Below, one piece after another: positions 62,535-64,000 of a stretch of DNA of 64,000 bases. The stretch comes from Vicugna vicugna (taxonomy: Eukaryota): NCBI GenBank assembly GCA_013265495.1, contig MU058669.1:1100234-1164233 (forward strand). Direction: 5' to 3'. A program made the translations under genes and the position numbers. The notes under the pieces are model-generated. The model was given only the letters and a program-made list of their open reading frames with translations. It searched no databases and was not told where the DNA came from. The number at the start of each line of letters is the position of its first letter. Position 1 is the stretch's first letter.

Positions 62535-62800
62535 AATAATAATGATCACAAACTTTCTTGTGCACTCATAGTACTCTAGGGTCTCTTGTAAATGCTTTTC
62601 AGTTGTCTACTCATGTGATCCATTTAGTCATTCTATGGAATTGTTACTATTACTAGTAGTAGATTAGAAAAAAAATGAGATGCAGAAAGGTTAAATATTT
62701 TGCCCGAGGTTACAAAACTGATAAGAGAATCGGGATCTGAACTTGGGCGGAATGGTTTCCAAACCTTGTTATTACTCATTATACAGTTTTGCCTTTTCTG
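62535..62800 (-). mobile_element. MIR SINE
   Basis: 'gagatgcagaaaggttaaatattttgcccgaggttaca...gggatctgaacttggg'. Confidence 0.75.
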
Positions 62801-63389
62801 TCAGAAACATGTGTACTCATTTTGTCCATAGTCTGTAAACGCCTGCATGTATGCAGGGGAGAGGAAAGCACACACCCGTACACATATCCTACATGTACGT
62901 CGTTCTCTTTTGTTTGCAAAGCTCTGTCTCTAAACAGGGAAAGGATGACTAACAGTTCCTTCTGGTAGGTTGATTATCATAATACACATTCCTGCAAATG
63001 GAAAACCATTGCCCTAGCTAATCTTAACATCCCCACATCAGTAGCTATTTTGAGAAAAAGCAATTCCCATCTGTTATAGAAGCATATTTGGTGACAGCAC
63101 ACATCTCCTTATCCCCATGCCATCCCATTGCAGTGCAATGGTGAAAACAGCATGATTTTCTTCGTTAATTCTGGAAAGCTCTCTCTAAGCCAGAACACGT
63201 GAGAGGGTTCAATGCCTTCTTAGTTGTGATGTGCAAAAGGATGTCTGTAATCTTCGCCCTCTCTCATTTTGAATTCACGTAAGTGACTGGATGGATCAGA
63301 TGTATGTAATAGTCAAACCTTTTGGCAGTATGTGCTTTTCTTAGAATATAATGGACATCTGTTGCTTTTCTGCTCAGTGCTTTTTTCCA

Positions 63390-63805
63390 TTGGAGAAATG
63401 GTTCACCCTAACCAAGAGGAATCATCATTTACCTGCCTAGATGTTGAGGTGGGTTCAAGGATGGGCACATGACCAAAAGTGGTACAGTGGGGGCTTCCCA
63501 CTAGACTTCTGCATGAGCCATTGAGGAAGAGGATCCTTCCTTTCTTGAAGATCTCTAGGTATGAGAATAAAATAAGCCTGGGATTGAGGAGAGCTTTTGT
63601 GGACATGTGAAATAATTGTGTCTGAGAATTAAGCCAAAATAGAAAAAAATAGATTCAGAAAAGGGAGATGAGAGGTACAAAACCTTCAACTCTTGAGCTG
63701 AGCCACACCTGAAGCTAGGGTCTAATTTGGGGTTTTTAGTTGTGCAAGCGTAAGCAAAAGGAGAGTTTCTGTCACTTGCGACCCAAAGAACCCTAATTTA
63801 ATGCG
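63390..63805 (+). mobile_element. MLT1 (J/K-like) MaLR LTR
   Basis: 'gggttcaaggatgggcacatgaccaaa...agccacacctgaagcta...tttctgtcacttgcgacccaaagaaccctaa'. Confidence 0.7.
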
Positions 63806-64000
63806 TGGACTCCTAGAGCCTGAGAATCAGAAGGGACCTTAATGATCTAATCTCTTACCTGGTAAATAATGCCATTTATGGCCCTTCTTTCTTTGGTTAC
63901 TTAGGTTCTGTCTCTCCTTGAATTCCTCTAGTGGCAGGGGTTTGTTATTACATTTGACATTTCATTCCATGACTGGCCAGCTATAGTTTCCAGGCAGTTT

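Noticed and set aside
1..64000. Prokaryote-type systems (operons, CRISPR, defence islands) or an intact retrovirus/transposase gene
   Set aside because: Sequence is eutherian repeat-rich non-coding DNA; no long ORFs, no paired LTRs with internal genes and no regular repeat-spacer arrays were seen.

Overview
Mammalian (eutherian) genomic DNA, very probably from a camelid: it contains four tRNA-derived SINEs of the camelid Vic-1 type and several cetartiodactyl-type L1 3' ends. The window is AT-rich, CpG-depleted and gene-poor (intron of a large gene or intergenic). It is dominated by transposable-element fossils: L1, L2, L3/CR1, MIR, MLT1/ERVL LTRs and hAT MITEs. No intact multi-exon gene, RNA gene or CRISPR array is visible, and the ORF track is essentially noise or L1 ORF2 debris. 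The only coding candidate is a 27-nt frame-preserving microexon at 20627-20653 (LLAARTLEK), whose host gene I could not identify. The most unusual observations are retrotransposition oddities: a full-length, highly diverged MIR apparently re-inserted by L1 machinery inside a younger MER58A; an ORF1-end/3'UTR 'half-L1' insert; a twin-primed L1 with a probable 3' transduction; a tailless L1 end; and a ~22-nt micro-insert with a 14-bp target-site duplication (TSD). Repeat subfamily names come from recalled consensus sequences, not a database search. Boundaries without TSD evidence are approximate.
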